From the NCBI RefSeq assembly GCF_011045215.1, contig NZ_CP049201.1: 64,000 nucleotides of DNA. One strand, given 5' to 3'. Of this stretch, positions 34,354-48,756 are shown piece after piece; positions within the stretch are counted from its first letter, which is position 1, and each line of letters starts with the position of its first letter. This DNA is from Escherichia coli. GTDB taxonomy: Bacteria > Pseudomonadota > Gammaproteobacteria > Enterobacterales > Enterobacteriaceae. The notes beneath the pieces are model-generated. The model was not told the origin of the DNA. It saw only the letters and a list, made by a program, of their open reading frames with translations, and ran no database searches. Made by a program: the position numbers and the translations under genes.

Positions 34354-37300
34354 TTACAAACTTCCCGCCTGACGACCTTTGCCCGCAGACGTCAGCGTTC
34401 TCCCCGTTTGTTTACCGTTGAGGCTTTCCAGACGCATCTGGAAGGGCGGGAATGGCATATCGATACCGTGGGCATGGAAGCCAGCCAGAATCAGCTGGTG
34501 GATCTCATGGCGTAGCGGCATACGGTGACCCATCTCAGCGGCGTAAATACGCAGCTCGAAAATCTGAATCCCCTGTTGCAGATCCACCAGGAAGACTTCC
34601 GGTGCCGGGTTGTCGATCACCAGCGAGCAGCGACGCGCTGCGGTGAGCAGGATTTCCGTCACTTCTTCACTGTTGGCATCGGCAGGGGCCGGAATCGTCA
34701 ACACCACGCGCGTGACCGAGTCAGAGAGCGACCAGTTGATAAACTGCTCGGTAATAAACGCCTTGTTCGGCACGATTATCTCTTTACGGTCCCAGTCGCT
34801 GATGGTGGTGGCGCGGGTGTTAATTTTTGTCACGCTGCCGGTAAGATCGCGGATCGTTACCGTATCGCCAATGCGAATCGGTTTTTCGAACAGGATGATC
34901 AGGCCAGAGATAAAGTTGGCGAAAATTTCCTGCAAACCAAAACCGAGACCAACACCGAGCGCGGCAACCAGCCACTGCAATTTCGACCACTCAATACCAA
35001 TCATTGAGAAGCCGACCAGCCCGCCAATCAGCATCAGCAGATATTTGGTGATGGTGGTGATGGCGTAACCCGTACCCGGCGTTAAATCCAGGTGCTGCAA
35101 AATCGCCAGTTCCAGCAGCGCGGGCAGGTTGCGCACCAGTTGCGTGGTGATGATAAACACCAGAATGGCAATCAGCACCGCACCGAGGGTAATTGGCTCC
35201 AGACTTTCTACGCCCTGTACCGTGGAGGTGACATCCCACAGCGAAATATTTTCGAGGAAGCCGAAAGCGGAATGGATTTCTGACCACAGCACAATGACCG
35301 AAAGCAGGGCGATCAACATCAAAATTGAGCGCACCAGCCGCAAGGATTGCGCACTAATGGCATCGAGATCGACTTCGCTTTCATCGACTTCAATTGCCCC
35401 TTCCGGGCTACTGTGATGATGTGCTTCCTCTTCGCCACGCGCGCGTTGCGCTAACATCTCTGCCCGGCGATGCTTCGCCCGGTCAAACGCCAGCCTGCGG
35501 CGCTGGATCAGCATCCAGCGGCGGATAACGTGATAAACCACCAGTAGCAGGAACCAGATGGCAACCGAGGTTTCAAGCCTCGCTAACAGCGCCTGTGCCG
35601 TTGCCAGATAACCCACCGCCGACGCCAGAATGGCAACCAGTGGCGCGCCAATCATCATGTTCCACAACATATGGTTGGTAATATTGTCGCCGCTGCCTTC
35701 TTTGTTGAGATACAGCGGGATCCCGGCCTTTTTCAGGCTGAGGGTGACCACCGCCAGCGCACCGCAAATGAGGATAAAGCAAAGCCGTCCCAGCGAACCG
35801 GAAAATTCGCGGTCGTCGAGGTTATCGAACATCATCAGCGCCATAATCAGTGGCACAATAAGCCCGATGCTCATCAGGTAGTAGCGCATCCCACGAGAAA
35901 CACGTTCGCGCGGCCAGCCAAAATGAGCGATAAACAAGCCGTTCGGGCGGGCAAAAGTAGCGCAAATCATCACTACCCACAGCAGCGGCACGGTGGCTGT
36001 TACGCCATCGCCAATCGCGACCGCCAGCGGATAAGGCCACGCCTCGCGCAAGCCGTAACCCAGCGTCATCCACAGCACCGGCAGCGGTGACGCGACGAGA
36101 ATCGACCAGAAAAGAGTGCGTAACGTCAGCCAGAAGTGATCCTGAGTCACTTTACCGACTTTCGCCGCCGAACGTTCAAGAAAACGGGTGAAATAGCGGC
36201 GCGAGTAAATACTGCAACCGACCAGAATCAACGCGCCAAACAGCGGCAAAATCGTCTCTTTGCTGGTCAGCATCATCACACTGGCTTTGCCCAACTGACT
36301 GAAGGTGTCCAGCGAAATGAGACGACGCAGATCCTGGGCGATTTCCAGCGGCCAGGCGATGGTCATCGGGCGCACGTCAGAGGTCCAGAACAGATAGCGG
36401 TGCGTCGCTTCGTTCACCTCTTTCAGCGCATCCTCCAGTTGCCCGTTAGAGACTTTCAGCTTGGTCAGTTCCAGCAGTAGTGTGTCGCCACCCTGCAACA
36501 ATGAGTTCAGCAACTCACGCTGAGTGCGTAGCTGTGCTTCGAGAATACGGTTTTGCTCGGCAGTCAGCGGCTGACCGTCGGCCTGATGAATTTGCCGTAG
36601 CAGCGGCTGTTTATTAAGCAGATCCTCATAACGTAACCGTTGCACACGCAACTGCGCCATTTCGGTATCAAGCTGTTGTGGTTTCGGCATTTCCGGCAGC
36701 CGTGCCACCTGCGCCCGCAACGCTTCACCGAGCAGATTGGACGATCCCAGCCATTGCGACTGTTCACGCAGCGTATTCAACGCCTGCCGGACCTGTAACG
36801 TCTGGCTGGCAGCCTGACGCTGTTGCGAGGCAACGAGATCCATCCGCTGCGCCTGTTGATTCAAAGCCGCCGATAGTTCGCGGTTAATTTTGAATTGCGC
36901 GACGATATCTTTCGGCAAATCGGCACTGTTTTCTGCTAGTAATTCGGTACTTTCCAGCGCCCGCTCGGCCTCAAGCTGGCGTTGGCTGTTCAATTGATTA
37001 CGCAAGGCCTGCAAATACGCATCCAGTTGCTGGCTCTCTTTTTCAGCCAGCTCAGAGCGCAAGCGCGCTAATTCCTGGCGGTTATTGGCAGACAGCTGCG
37101 CCAGCTCCAGTTCATCAACGAGCGCCTTAAGACGTGCAGAGTCAGACTGCAACGAGAAATTTTGTGCCTGATTGAGCGGAGTATTGCCGGTAAGCGTTCC
37201 CAGGCGGCGCTCGATCTCGTTTAACTGACGGCGGGCGTCGGTTTGCTGTTGCGGCAGTTGATTCAGCGAATCGGCAATCTCGCGGGCGCGCTCCTGCTCT

Positions 37301-37677
37301 TGCTGGGCCTGACGGCTTTTATCCAGCAACTGACTGCTGACCTGGAGAATTTCCTGATTCAGCGCGTCGGTAGACATCCCCGGCGACACGCTGCGCGGCT
37401 CGTCACGCATGTTGTTTAATTGTGCGCGCAGAGTTGCGGAGAGTTTCGGGTAATTATCGATAACTTGCTGATATTGTTTGATGCGCTCAAGGGAACCTTT
37501 TCGTTCCTCAAGCGCATTTAAGGCAGACTGGAGTGCCTCTATGACTTCTGGCTGCGCGGGTTTCGCCGCTTTTGCCTGCTCCAGTTCCTGGGTGATTTGT
37601 TTGCTATCGGGGGCCGTCGCGGCGTACGCCCCCCAACTGAGGCACCAGGCCATCAGAAAAGTGATAATCAGGCGCAC
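34354..37677 (-). CDS. mscM: Miniconductance mechanosensitive channel MscM (YjeP)
   Basis: 1107 aa; N-terminal coiled-coil periplasmic region plus C-terminal MscS-like domain. Confidence 0.9.
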   Translation of the reverse strand: MRLIITFLMAWCLSWGAYAATAPDSKQITQELEQAKAAKPAQPEVIEALQSALNALEERKGSLERIKQYQQVIDNYPKLSATLRAQLNNMRDEPRSVSPGMSTDALNQEILQVSSQLLDKSRQAQQEQERAREIADSLNQLPQQQTDARRQLNEIERRLGTLTGNTPLNQAQNFSLQSDSARLKALVDELELAQLSANNRQELARLRSELAEKESQQLDAYLQALRNQLNSQRQLEAERALESTELLAENSADLPKDIVAQFKINRELSAALNQQAQRMDLVASQQRQAASQTLQVRQALNTLREQSQWLGSSNLLGEALRAQVARLPEMPKPQQLDTEMAQLRVQRLRYEDLLNKQPLLRQIHQADGQPLTAEQNRILEAQLRTQRELLNSLLQGGDTLLLELTKLKVSNGQLEDALKEVNEATHRYLFWTSDVRPMTIAWPLEIAQDLRRLISLDTFSQLGKASVMMLTSKETILPLFGALILVGCSIYSRRYFTRFLERSAAKVGKVTQDHFWLTLRTLFWSILVASPLPVLWMTLGYGLREAWPYPLAVAIGDGVTATVPLLWVVMICATFARPNGLFIAHFGWPRERVSRGMRYYLMSIGLIVPLIMALMMFDNLDDREFSGSLGRLCFILICGALAVVTLSLKKAGIPLYLNKEGSGDNITNHMLWNMMIGAPLVAILASAVGYLATAQALLARLETSVAIWFLLLVVYHVIRRWMLIQRRRLAFDRAKHRRAEMLAQRARGEEEAHHHSSPEGAIEVDESEVDLDAISAQSLRLVRSILMLIALLSVIVLWSEIHSAFGFLENISLWDVTSTVQGVESLEPITLGAVLIAILVFIITTQLVRNLPALLELAILQHLDLTPGTGYAITTITKYLLMLIGGLVGFSMIGIEWSKLQWLVAALGVGLGFGLQEIFANFISGLIILFEKPIRIGDTVTIRDLTGSVTKINTRATTISDWDRKEIIVPNKAFITEQFINWSLSDSVTRVVLTIPAPADANSEEVTEILLTAARRCSLVIDNPAPEVFLVDLQQGIQIFELRIYAAEMGHRMPLRHEIHQLILAGFHAHGIDMPFPPFQMRLESLNGKQTGRTLTSAGKGRQAGSL

Positions 37678-37698
37678 GTCAGCGTTTCCTTTGATGGA

Positions 37699-38667
37699 TT
37701 AGACCTGGTCTTTTTTATCGTCAACCAATGGGCTGGCGTCGTGTTCTGCTTCGATCTCTTCAGCAGGAAGCGGGGCGGGTTCAGCGTCTGGCGTAACAAA
37801 GGTTTCGGTAGATACTGCCAGCGGCTGGCCAATTTTCGTGACAGACAGGCTTTCCAGTTGCTCAACCAGATTCACTTTACCCGGTGCAAACAGGTTGATA
37901 ACGGTGGAACCGAGTTTAAAGCGACCCATTTCCTGGCCTTTCAGCAGTGCCACAGAACCGTCGTTTTCCCCGGCAGGCCAGGTCCAGCGCTTGATGATGC
38001 CTTCGCGCGGCGGCGTAATGGTGCCCGCCCAGACAGTCTCAATGCTGCCTACAATCGTCGCACCGACCAGAATCTGCGCCATTGGGCCAAATTCGGTATC
38101 GAACAGGCAGATCACGCGTTCGTTACGGGCAAACAGATTCGGCACGTTCTGAGCCGTGAGATGGTTAACGGAGAAGAGATCGCCCGGCACGTAGATCATC
38201 TCACGCAGAATACCGTTGCACGGCATGTGTACGCGGTGGTAGTCACGCGGGGAGAGGTAAGTGGTCACAAACGTACCGTTGCGGAACAGGTCCGCCATCA
38301 GATAGTTGCCTGCCAGCAGGGCTTCGAGGCTGTAGTTGTGGCCTTTGGCTTGCAGGATTTTATCTTCTTCGATTTTACCCAACTGGCTGATAACGCCATC
38401 GGCAGGCATAACCAGGACATTCGGATCGGTATCGATTGGGCGTACTTCGTCACGCAGCGGACGGACAAAGAATTCGTTAAAGGTGCGGTAGCTGGCGGTG
38501 TCCGGCTTTTGCGCCTCTTTCATGTCGACCTTGTAGTATTTAACGAACAGATCGATAACCAGTTTTGTCAGCCATCCTGCCCGCTTGCTTGCGCCCCAAC
38601 CCGCCAGGCGAGTAAGCCATAGTTTCGGCAGAATGTACTGTAGCGAAAGTTTAAATGAATTTAACAA
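37699..38667 (-). CDS. psd: Phosphatidylserine decarboxylase proenzyme (TTG start)
   Basis: [15 protein letters not shown]...; LGST self-cleavage site. Confidence 0.93.
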
Positions 38668-38763
38668 GGTAGCCTCCAGGCCATTGTTTTGTCGTTCCTG
38701 ATCCGGCCTACATGCCGGATCCTGAAAAAAAGGGGACGATTCTAACGACGGTTAGCTTAATTG

Positions 38764-39816
38764 TCAGTCATCCGTATCAGAAAAGTTTTTACGCGTTTTT
38801 ACCTGCGCCATGCTTTCCAGAATACGGTGATAGTTTTCGAAACGGGTTTCCGCGATTTTCCCTTCCTCAACCGCTTCCCGGATAGCGCAGCCCGGATCGG
38901 TATCGTGTTTGCAATCGCGATATTTACACAGACCTAAGTAGTCATGGAATTCGACAAAACCCTGAGTGATTTGTTCCGGCTCCAGGTGCCAGAGGCCGAA
39001 CTCACGCACACCAGGGGAATCAATCACATCACCGCCGTGCGGGAAGTGATACAGCCGAGCGGCGGTCGTGGTGTGCTGACCAAGCCCCGAGTTGTCAGAG
39101 ACATCGTTGGTCAGGATCTCTTTTTGCAGCCCCAGCAACGCGTTCAGCAGGCTGGATTTACCAACGCCAGACTGCCCGGCAAAAATGCTGATGCGCCCGG
39201 TCAACGCCTCTTCCAGCGGTTTCAGCCCATCCTGAGTATGGCTGGAAACCATCAATACGCGATAACCGATATTGCGGTAGATATCCATCTGCTCGTTGAC
39301 GAATGCCATGCCTTCGTCGTCCAGCAGGTCTATCTTGTTGAGCACAATAATCGGCTCAATCTGCAAGGTTTCGCAGGCCACCAGGTAACGGTCGATAATA
39401 TTGAGCGACAGCTCCGGCAAAATGGCGGAGACAATGACAATCTGGTCGATGTTGGCGGCAATAGGTTTCACGCCGTCGTAGAAATCCGGACGCGTCAACA
39501 CTGAGGTGCGCTCATGCACCGCTTCCACGATCCCTTTGACATTTACGCCTTCCGCCGCCGGTTTACCCGGACGCCAGACTACGCGGTCGCCGGTCACCAG
39601 CGAACGGATGGTACGGCGAATATTGCAGCGGTGAACGTCGCCATCGGCGGATTCCACATCAGCGTGCATACCAAAGCGGCTGATGACGATACCTTCATCA
39701 GGCTCGCCAAACAGATTGTCGTCGTAGTCGGGCTTCTCCTTAGACGTTTTAAGACGACGCTGGTGATTGGCGTTCACGCGGCGCTGCTGGCCTTTGGAGA
39801 GTTTATTTTTACTCAA
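38764..39816 (-). CDS. rsgA: Ribosome small-subunit biogenesis GTPase RsgA (TTG start)
   Basis: [13 protein letters not shown]...; [10 protein letters not shown]1 motif. Confidence 0.9.
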
Positions 39817-39910
39817 TCGTACTGACTCCTGGTCGCCCCTGATGGGCAAAACATCTATGATACACGCAATTGTGGATCAATATAGTCACTGTGAATGGGT
39901 GGAAAATAGC

Positions 39911-40456
39911 ATGAGTGCCAATGAAAACAACCTGATTTGGATCGATCTTGAGATGACCGGTCTGGATCCCGAGCGCGATCGCATTATTGAGATTGCCACG
40001 CTGGTGACCGATGCCAATCTGAATATTCTGGCAGAAGGGCCGACCATTGCAGTACATCAGTCCGATGAACAGCTGGCGCTGATGGATGACTGGAACGTGC
40101 GCACCCATACCGCCAGCGGGCTGGTGGAGCGCGTGAAAGCGAGCACGATGGGCGATCGTGAAGCTGAACTGGCAACGCTCGAATTTTTAAAACAGTGGGT
40201 GCCTGCGGGTAAATCGCCGATTTGCGGTAACAGCATCGGTCAGGATCGTCGCTTCCTGTTTAAATACATGCCGGAGCTGGAAGCCTACTTCCACTACCGT
40301 TATCTCGATGTCAGCACCCTGAAAGAGCTGGCGCGCCGCTGGAAGCCGGAAATTCTTGATGGTTTTACCAAACAGGGGACGCATCAGGCGATGGATGATA
40401 TCCGTGAATCGGTGGCGGAGCTGGCTTACTACCGCGAGCATTTTATCAAGCTGTAA
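39911..40456 (+). CDS. orn: Oligoribonuclease
   Basis: [27 protein letters not shown]... Confidence 0.95.
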
Positions 40457-40581
40457 AATTTTTGCTGGTCACGTAAGCGCCGGAATCCACTTGCGGCGGC
40501 GTGATTTTGACGCTAAATTGAACGTCTTGCTGATAATTTCAGCACTTGAGATAAAAACTCAAAAAAAATTTTTTAGGGGGG

Positions 40582-40609
40582 TTGCAGAGGGAAAGATTTC
40601 TCGTATAAT
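40582..40609 (+). promoter_or_regulatory. Stable-RNA-type promoter for tRNA-Gly (-35 TTGCAG, -10 TATAAT, GC-rich discriminator, upstream A/T tract)
   Basis: TTGCAG-16nt-TATAAT followed by GCGCCTCCC; A8T6 tract at 40561-40574. Confidence 0.6.
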
Positions 40610-40666
40610 GCGCCTCCCGTAACGACGCAGAAATGCGAAAATTACGAAAGCAAAATTAAGTAGTAC

Positions 40667-40742
<76 letters not shown>

Positions 40743-40760
40743 AATTCTTCTCTCAATAAA

Positions 40761-41011
40761 ATATCCACAGCGACGCGATGCGTTATTGCTGGTTTTTGTT
40801 GTCTCTGACAAACTCTTGTAAACAGAGTTATCCACAGCCTCAGGCTGTAATCTTAATTTCAAAGAAACTTCGCACGGTGAATAGTATTTTTTTAACCTAT
40901 TGATAGGTAAGTTAAAAATTAAGATTCCGTTTTGTCGAGTCGATCACTTGACGATTTTATTCGTCTTGAATTGCAATGCGTTTTTATTTTTATTCACAAG
41001 CTGTGGATGAA
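40761..41011. promoter_or_regulatory. datA: datA-like DnaA-box cluster with an IHF-consensus site
   Basis: ATATCCACA 40761-40769; TTATCCACA 40828-40836; IHF-like TAACCTATTGATA 40893-40905; TTATTCACA 40990-40998; TGTGGATGA (reverse) 41003-41011. Confidence 0.6.
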
Positions 41012-42149
41012 TCAGGCGTCACGCGGTAACCCTTTTTCAATCACCCGAACCAGACGCTGTTTTTTCGGCAATTGCACTTCGACTATGCACGCATTTCGCC
41101 TCTCGATTTGCTGCGCCATCGCCCACGCTATGTGCTCATCAAGAAGTGGGTGCTCACCTTTGCGACTCTCCAGCGCCGCCAGAATCGTTTCATCCCAGGG
41201 CGCATTGCCTAATGCCACGGCGATATTACGCAGCCAGCGCAGGTGACCTATACGGCGAATCGCCGAACCTTCCGTGACTTTTAAAAACCTCTCTTCGCTC
41301 CAGGCGAATAACTCAATGAGTTCCGGTGCGTGTAGCGGCTTACGCGGGCTGAAATCGTCTTCTGTAGTGAGTTGTGAATAGCGATTCCACGGGCAGATAA
41401 GCTGGCAGTCATCGCAACCGTAAATACGGTTTCCCATTAACGGTCGCAACTCTTCCGGGATCGCCCCTTCCAGTTCGATGGTGAGATAAGAGATACAGCG
41501 GCGAGCATCGACGGTATATGGCTCGACGATGGCACCGGTCGGGCAAATCGTCATACAGGCCACGCATTTGCCGCATCCTTCCTCGACTGGTTGATCCACG
41601 GGCAGCGGAATATCGACCAGCAATTCGCCTAAAAAGAAGAACGAACCGGCCTCGCGATTGAGGATAAGTGAGTGCTTACCTGTCCAGCCGAGCCCAGCTT
41701 TTTCAGCTAACGGGCGCTCGAGAATAGGCGCAGAATCGACAAACGGTCTAAAATTCAGCGAAACACAATGTTGCTGAATCATCTCGCCCAGCTTTTTGAG
41801 TCGGTTGCGCAGAAGTTTGTGATAGTCACGGCCCAGCGCATAACGGCTAACATAGCCGAGTTTGGGGTTTTTCAGCGTGCTGGCAAATGCGGCGTTAGCA
41901 GGAAGGTAATTCATCCGCACGCTGATCACGCGCAGCGTACCGGGCAATAACTCATGGGGGCGAGCGCGCAGCATACCGTGACGTGCCATCCAGTCCATTT
42001 CGCCGTGGTATTGTTTGTCCAGCCATGCTTGCAGTTTGGGCTCGGACTCGCTGAGATCGGTATCGGTAATACCTACCTGCTGAAAGCCCAGTTCCAGCCC
42101 CCACTGTTTAATTTTTTGCGCTAACTGATTGAGATCGAGGGGCTCTGAC

Positions 42150-42151
<2 letters not shown>
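41012..42151 (-). CDS. queG: Epoxyqueuosine reductase QueG (YjeS)
   Basis: Start MSEPLDLNQLAQKIK; 4Fe-4S cysteine motifs; ORF-track N-extension rejected. Confidence 0.9.
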
Positions 42152-44130
<1,979 letters not shown>

Positions 44131-44148
44131 CCTTTGAAAGGTGGCGGG

Positions 44149-45486
44149 ATGATGTATCGCATCAGAAATTGGTTGGTAGCGACGTTGCTGCTGCTGTGCG
44201 CGCAGTCGGGTGCCGCGACGCTCTCTGATATTCAGGTTTCTAACGGCAACCAACAGGCGCGGATAACGTTGAGTTTTATTGGCGATCCTGATTATGCGTT
44301 TAGCCATCAAAGCAAACGCACCGTGGCGCTCGATATCAAACAAACGGGCGTGATTCAGGGACTGCCGTTGTTGTTCAGCGGTAATAATCTGGTGAAGGCG
44401 ATTCGCTCCGGAACGCCTAAAGATGCACAAACGCTACGGCTGGTGGTCGATCTTACCGAAAACGGTAAAACCGAAGCGGTGAAGCGGCAGAATGGCAGCA
44501 ATTACACTGTCGTCTTTACGATTAACGCCGATGTGCCGCCACCGCCTCCTCCGCCGCCCGTGGTTGCGAAACGCGTTGAAACGCCTGCGGTTGTCGCACC
44601 GCGCGTCAGCGAACCGGCGCGCAATCCGTTTAAAACGGAAAGTAACCGCACTACGGGTGTTATCAGCAGTAATACGGTAACGCGTCCGGCTGCGCGCGCG
44701 ACGGCTAACACTGGCGATAAAATTATCATCGCTATTGATGCCGGACACGGCGGTCAGGACCCTGGCGCTATCGGCCCCGGTGGTACGCGGGAGAAAAATG
44801 TCACCATCGCCATCGCGCGTAAATTGCGTACTTTGCTCAATGACGATCCGATGTTTAAAGGCGTTTTAACCCGTGACGGGGATTACTTTATCTCGGTGAT
44901 GGGGCGCAGCGATGTGGCACGTAAGCAAAACGCCAATTTCCTCGTGTCGATTCACGCTGATGCCGCACCGAACCGCAGTGCGACTGGCGCTTCCGTATGG
45001 GTGCTCTCTAACCGTCGCGCCAACAGCGAAATGGCCAGCTGGCTGGAGCAGCACGAGAAACAGTCGGAGCTGCTGGGCGGGGCGGGTGATGTGCTGGCGA
45101 ACAGTCAGTCTGACCCCTATTTAAGCCAGGCGGTGCTGGATTTACAGTTCGGTCATTCCCAGCGGGTAGGGTATGATGTAGCGACCAGTATGATCAGTCA
45201 GTTGCAACGCATTGGCGAAATACATAAACGTCGACCAGAACACGCCAGCCTTGGCGTTCTGCGCTCGCCGGATATCCCATCAGTACTGGTCGAAACCGGT
45301 TTTATCAGCAACAACAGCGAAGAACGTTTGCTGGCGAGCGACGATTACCAACAACAGCTGGCAGAAGCCATTTACAAAGGCCTGCGCAATTATTTCCTTG
45401 CGCATCCGATGCAATCTGCGCCGCAGGGTGCAACGGCACAAACTGCCAGTACGGTGACGACGCCAGATCGCACGCTGCCAAACTAA
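44149..45486 (+). CDS. amiB: N-acetylmuramoyl-L-alanine amidase AmiB
   Basis: Start [16 protein letters not shown]; poly-Pro linker; amidase_3 domain. Confidence 0.9.
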   Translation: MMYRIRNWLVATLLLLCAQSGAATLSDIQVSNGNQQARITLSFIGDPDYAFSHQSKRTVALDIKQTGVIQGLPLLFSGNNLVKAIRSGTPKDAQTLRLVVDLTENGKTEAVKRQNGSNYTVVFTINADVPPPPPPPPVVAKRVETPAVVAPRVSEPARNPFKTESNRTTGVISSNTVTRPAARATANTGDKIIIAIDAGHGGQDPGAIGPGGTREKNVTIAIARKLRTLLNDDPMFKGVLTRDGDYFISVMGRSDVARKQNANFLVSIHADAAPNRSATGASVWVLSNRRANSEMASWLEQHEKQSELLGGAGDVLANSQSDPYLSQAVLDLQFGHSQRVGYDVATSMISQLQRIGEIHKRRPEHASLGVLRSPDIPSVLVETGFISNNSEERLLASDDYQQQLAEAIYKGLRNYFLAHPMQSAPQGATAQTASTVTTPDRTLPN

Positions 45487-45495
45487 GGACGATTG

Positions 45496-47343
45496 ATGCC
45501 AATTCAGGTCTTACCGCCACAACTGGCGAACCAGATTGCCGCAGGTGAGGTGGTCGAGCGACCTGCGTCGGTAGTCAAAGAACTGGTGGAAAACAGCCTC
45601 GATGCAGGTGCGACGCGTATCGATATTGATATCGAACGCGGTGGGGCGAAACTTATCCGCATTCGTGATAACGGCTGTGGTATCAAAAAAGACGAGCTGG
45701 CGCTGGCGCTGGCGCGTCATGCCACCAGTAAAATCGCCTCTCTGGACGATCTCGAAGCCATTATCAGCCTGGGCTTTCGCGGTGAGGCGCTGGCGAGTAT
45801 CAGTTCGGTTTCCCGCCTGACGCTCACTTCACGCACCGCAGAACAGCAGGAAGCCTGGCAGGCCTATGCCGAAGGGCGCGATATGGACGTGACGGTTAAA
45901 CCGGCGGCGCATCCGGTGGGAACGACGCTGGAGGTACTGGACCTGTTCTACAACACCCCGGCGCGGCGCAAATTCCTGCGCACCGAGAAAACCGAATTTA
46001 ACCATATCGATGAAATCATCCGCCGCATCGCACTGGCGCGTTTCGACGTCACGATCAACCTGTCGCATAACGGCAAAATCGTACGCCAGTACCGCGCGGT
46101 GCCGGAAGGCGGGCAAAAAGAACGGCGCTTAGGCGCGATTTGTGGCACCGCTTTTCTCGAACAAGCGCTGGCGATTGAATGGCAACACGGCGATCTCACG
46201 CTGCGCGGCTGGGTGGCCGATCCAAATCACACCACGCCCGCACTGGCGGAAATTCAGTATTGCTACGTGAATGGTCGCATGATGCGCGATCGCCTGATCA
46301 ATCACGCGATCCGCCAGGCCTGTGAAGACAAACTGGGGGCCGATCAGCAACCTGCATTTGTGTTGTATCTGGAGATCGACCCGCATCAGGTGGACGTCAA
46401 CGTGCACCCCGCCAAACACGAAGTGCGTTTTCATCAGTCGCGTCTGGTGCATGACTTTATCTATCAGGGCGTGCTGAGCGTGCTACAACAGCAACTGGAA
46501 ACGCCGCTACCGCTGGACGATGAACCCCAACCTGCACCGCGTCCCATTCCGGAAAACCGCGTGGCGGCGGGGCGCAATCACTTTGCTGAACCGGCAGTTC
46601 GTGAGCCAGTAGCTCCGCGCTACACTCCTGCGCCAGCATCAGGCAGTCGTCCGGCTGCCCCCTGGCCGAATGCGCAGCCAGGTTACCAGAAACAGCAAGG
46701 TGAAGTGTATCGCCAGCTTTTGCAAACGCCCGCGCCGATGCAAAAACCAAAAGCGCCGGAACCGCAGGAACCTGCACTTGCGGCGAACAGTCAGAGTTTT
46801 GGTCGGGTACTGACTATCGTCCATTCCGACTGTGCGTTGCTGGAGCGCGACGGCAACATTTCACTTTTAGCCTTGCCAGTGGCAGAACGTTGGCTGCGTC
46901 AGGTACAACTGACGCCGGGTGAAGCGCCCGTTTGCGCCCAGCCGTTGCTGATTCCGTTGCGGCTAAAAGTTTCTGGCGAAGAAAAATCGGCATTAGAAAA
47001 AGCGCAGTCTGCCCTGGCGGAATTGGGTATTGATTTCCAGTCAGATGCACAGCATGTGACCATCAGGGCCGTGCCTTTACCCTTACGCCAACAAAATTTA
47101 CAAATCTTGATTCCTGAACTGATAGGCTACCTGGCGAAGCAGTCCGTATTCGAACCTGGCAATATTGCGCAGTGGATTGCACGAAATCTGATGAGCGAAC
47201 ATGCGCAGTGGTCAATGGCACAGGCCATAACCCTGCTGGCGGACGTGGAACGGTTATGTCCGCAACTTGTGAAAACGCCGCCGGGTGGTCTGTTACAATC
47301 TGTTGATTTACATCCGGCGATAAAAGCCCTGAAAGATGAGTGA
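45496..47343 (+). CDS. mutL: DNA mismatch repair protein MutL
   Basis: [39 protein letters not shown] (GHKL ATPase). Confidence 0.95.
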
Positions 47344-48286
47344 TATCAGTAAGGCGAGCCTGCCTAAGGCGATTTTTTTGATGGGGCCGACGGCCTCCGG
47401 TAAAACGGCGTTAGCCATTGAGCTGCGTAAAATTTTACCAGTAGAGTTGATAAGCGTTGATTCTGCCCTTATTTACAAAGGGATGGATATCGGGACGGCG
47501 AAGCCGAACGCTGAAGAGTTACTCGCCGCGCCGCACCGATTGCTGGATATTCGCGATCCGTCGCAGGCTTACTCGGCTGCTGATTTTCGCCGCGATGCGC
47601 TGGCGGAAATGGCCGATATCACCGCGGCGGGGCGGATCCCACTGTTAGTGGGCGGTACGATGTTGTATTTCAAGGCATTGCTGGAAGGGTTGTCGCCGCT
47701 ACCGTCGGCAGACCCGGAAGTACGGGCCAGAATTGAGCAACAGGCGGCAGAGCAAGGTTGGGAGTCATTGCATCGTCAACTTCAGGAGATCGATCCGGTT
47801 GCGGCAGCAAGGATTCATCCAAATGATCCACAAAGGCTTTCCCGGGCACTGGAAGTTTTTTTCATTTCGGGTAAAACTTTAACGGAACTGACGCAAACGT
47901 CAGGAGACGCTCTACCGTATCAGGTGCATCAGTTCGCCATCGCCCCGGCGAGCCGTGAACTGCTCCATCAACGAATTGAGCAGCGTTTTCATCAGATGTT
48001 GGCTTCAGGTTTTGAAGCAGAAGTCCGGGCGCTTTTTGCCCGAGGAGATTTGCATACGGACTTGCCTTCCATTCGTTGCGTGGGTTATCGCCAGATGTGG
48101 TCTTACCTTGAAGGCGAAATCTCATACGATGAAATGGTTTATCGAGGTGTTTGCGCCACGAGACAGTTGGCGAAGCGGCAGATAACCTGGCTGCGTGGTT
48201 GGGAAGGGGTTCACTGGCTTGACAGTGAAAAACCAGAACAGGCGCGTGACGAAGTATTACAGGTTGTTGGTGCTATCGCAGGCTGA
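47336..48286 (+). CDS. miaA: tRNA dimethylallyltransferase MiaA
   Basis: P-loop GPTASGKT; 316 aa. Confidence 0.95.
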
Positions 48287-48359
48287 ATGTGTACAATTGA
48301 GACGTATCGTGCGCAATTTTTTCAGAATCGAAAGGTTCAAAGTACAAATAAGCATATAA

Positions 48360-48680
<321 letters not shown>

Positions 48681-48756
48681 GGTTTCGGGCTGTTTTTTTT
48701 ACACGGGGAGCCAGCGATCCTGCGTTCCCCGCTGATCTATTTAGAGGGTTATACGC

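Noticed and set aside
38690-38730. Palindromic GATCCGGCCTACATGCCGGATC between psd and rsgA as a possible regulatory operator
   Set aside because: Looks like a single degenerate REP-type unit or terminator in a convergent/tandem gene junction; nothing distinguishes it from ordinary backbone
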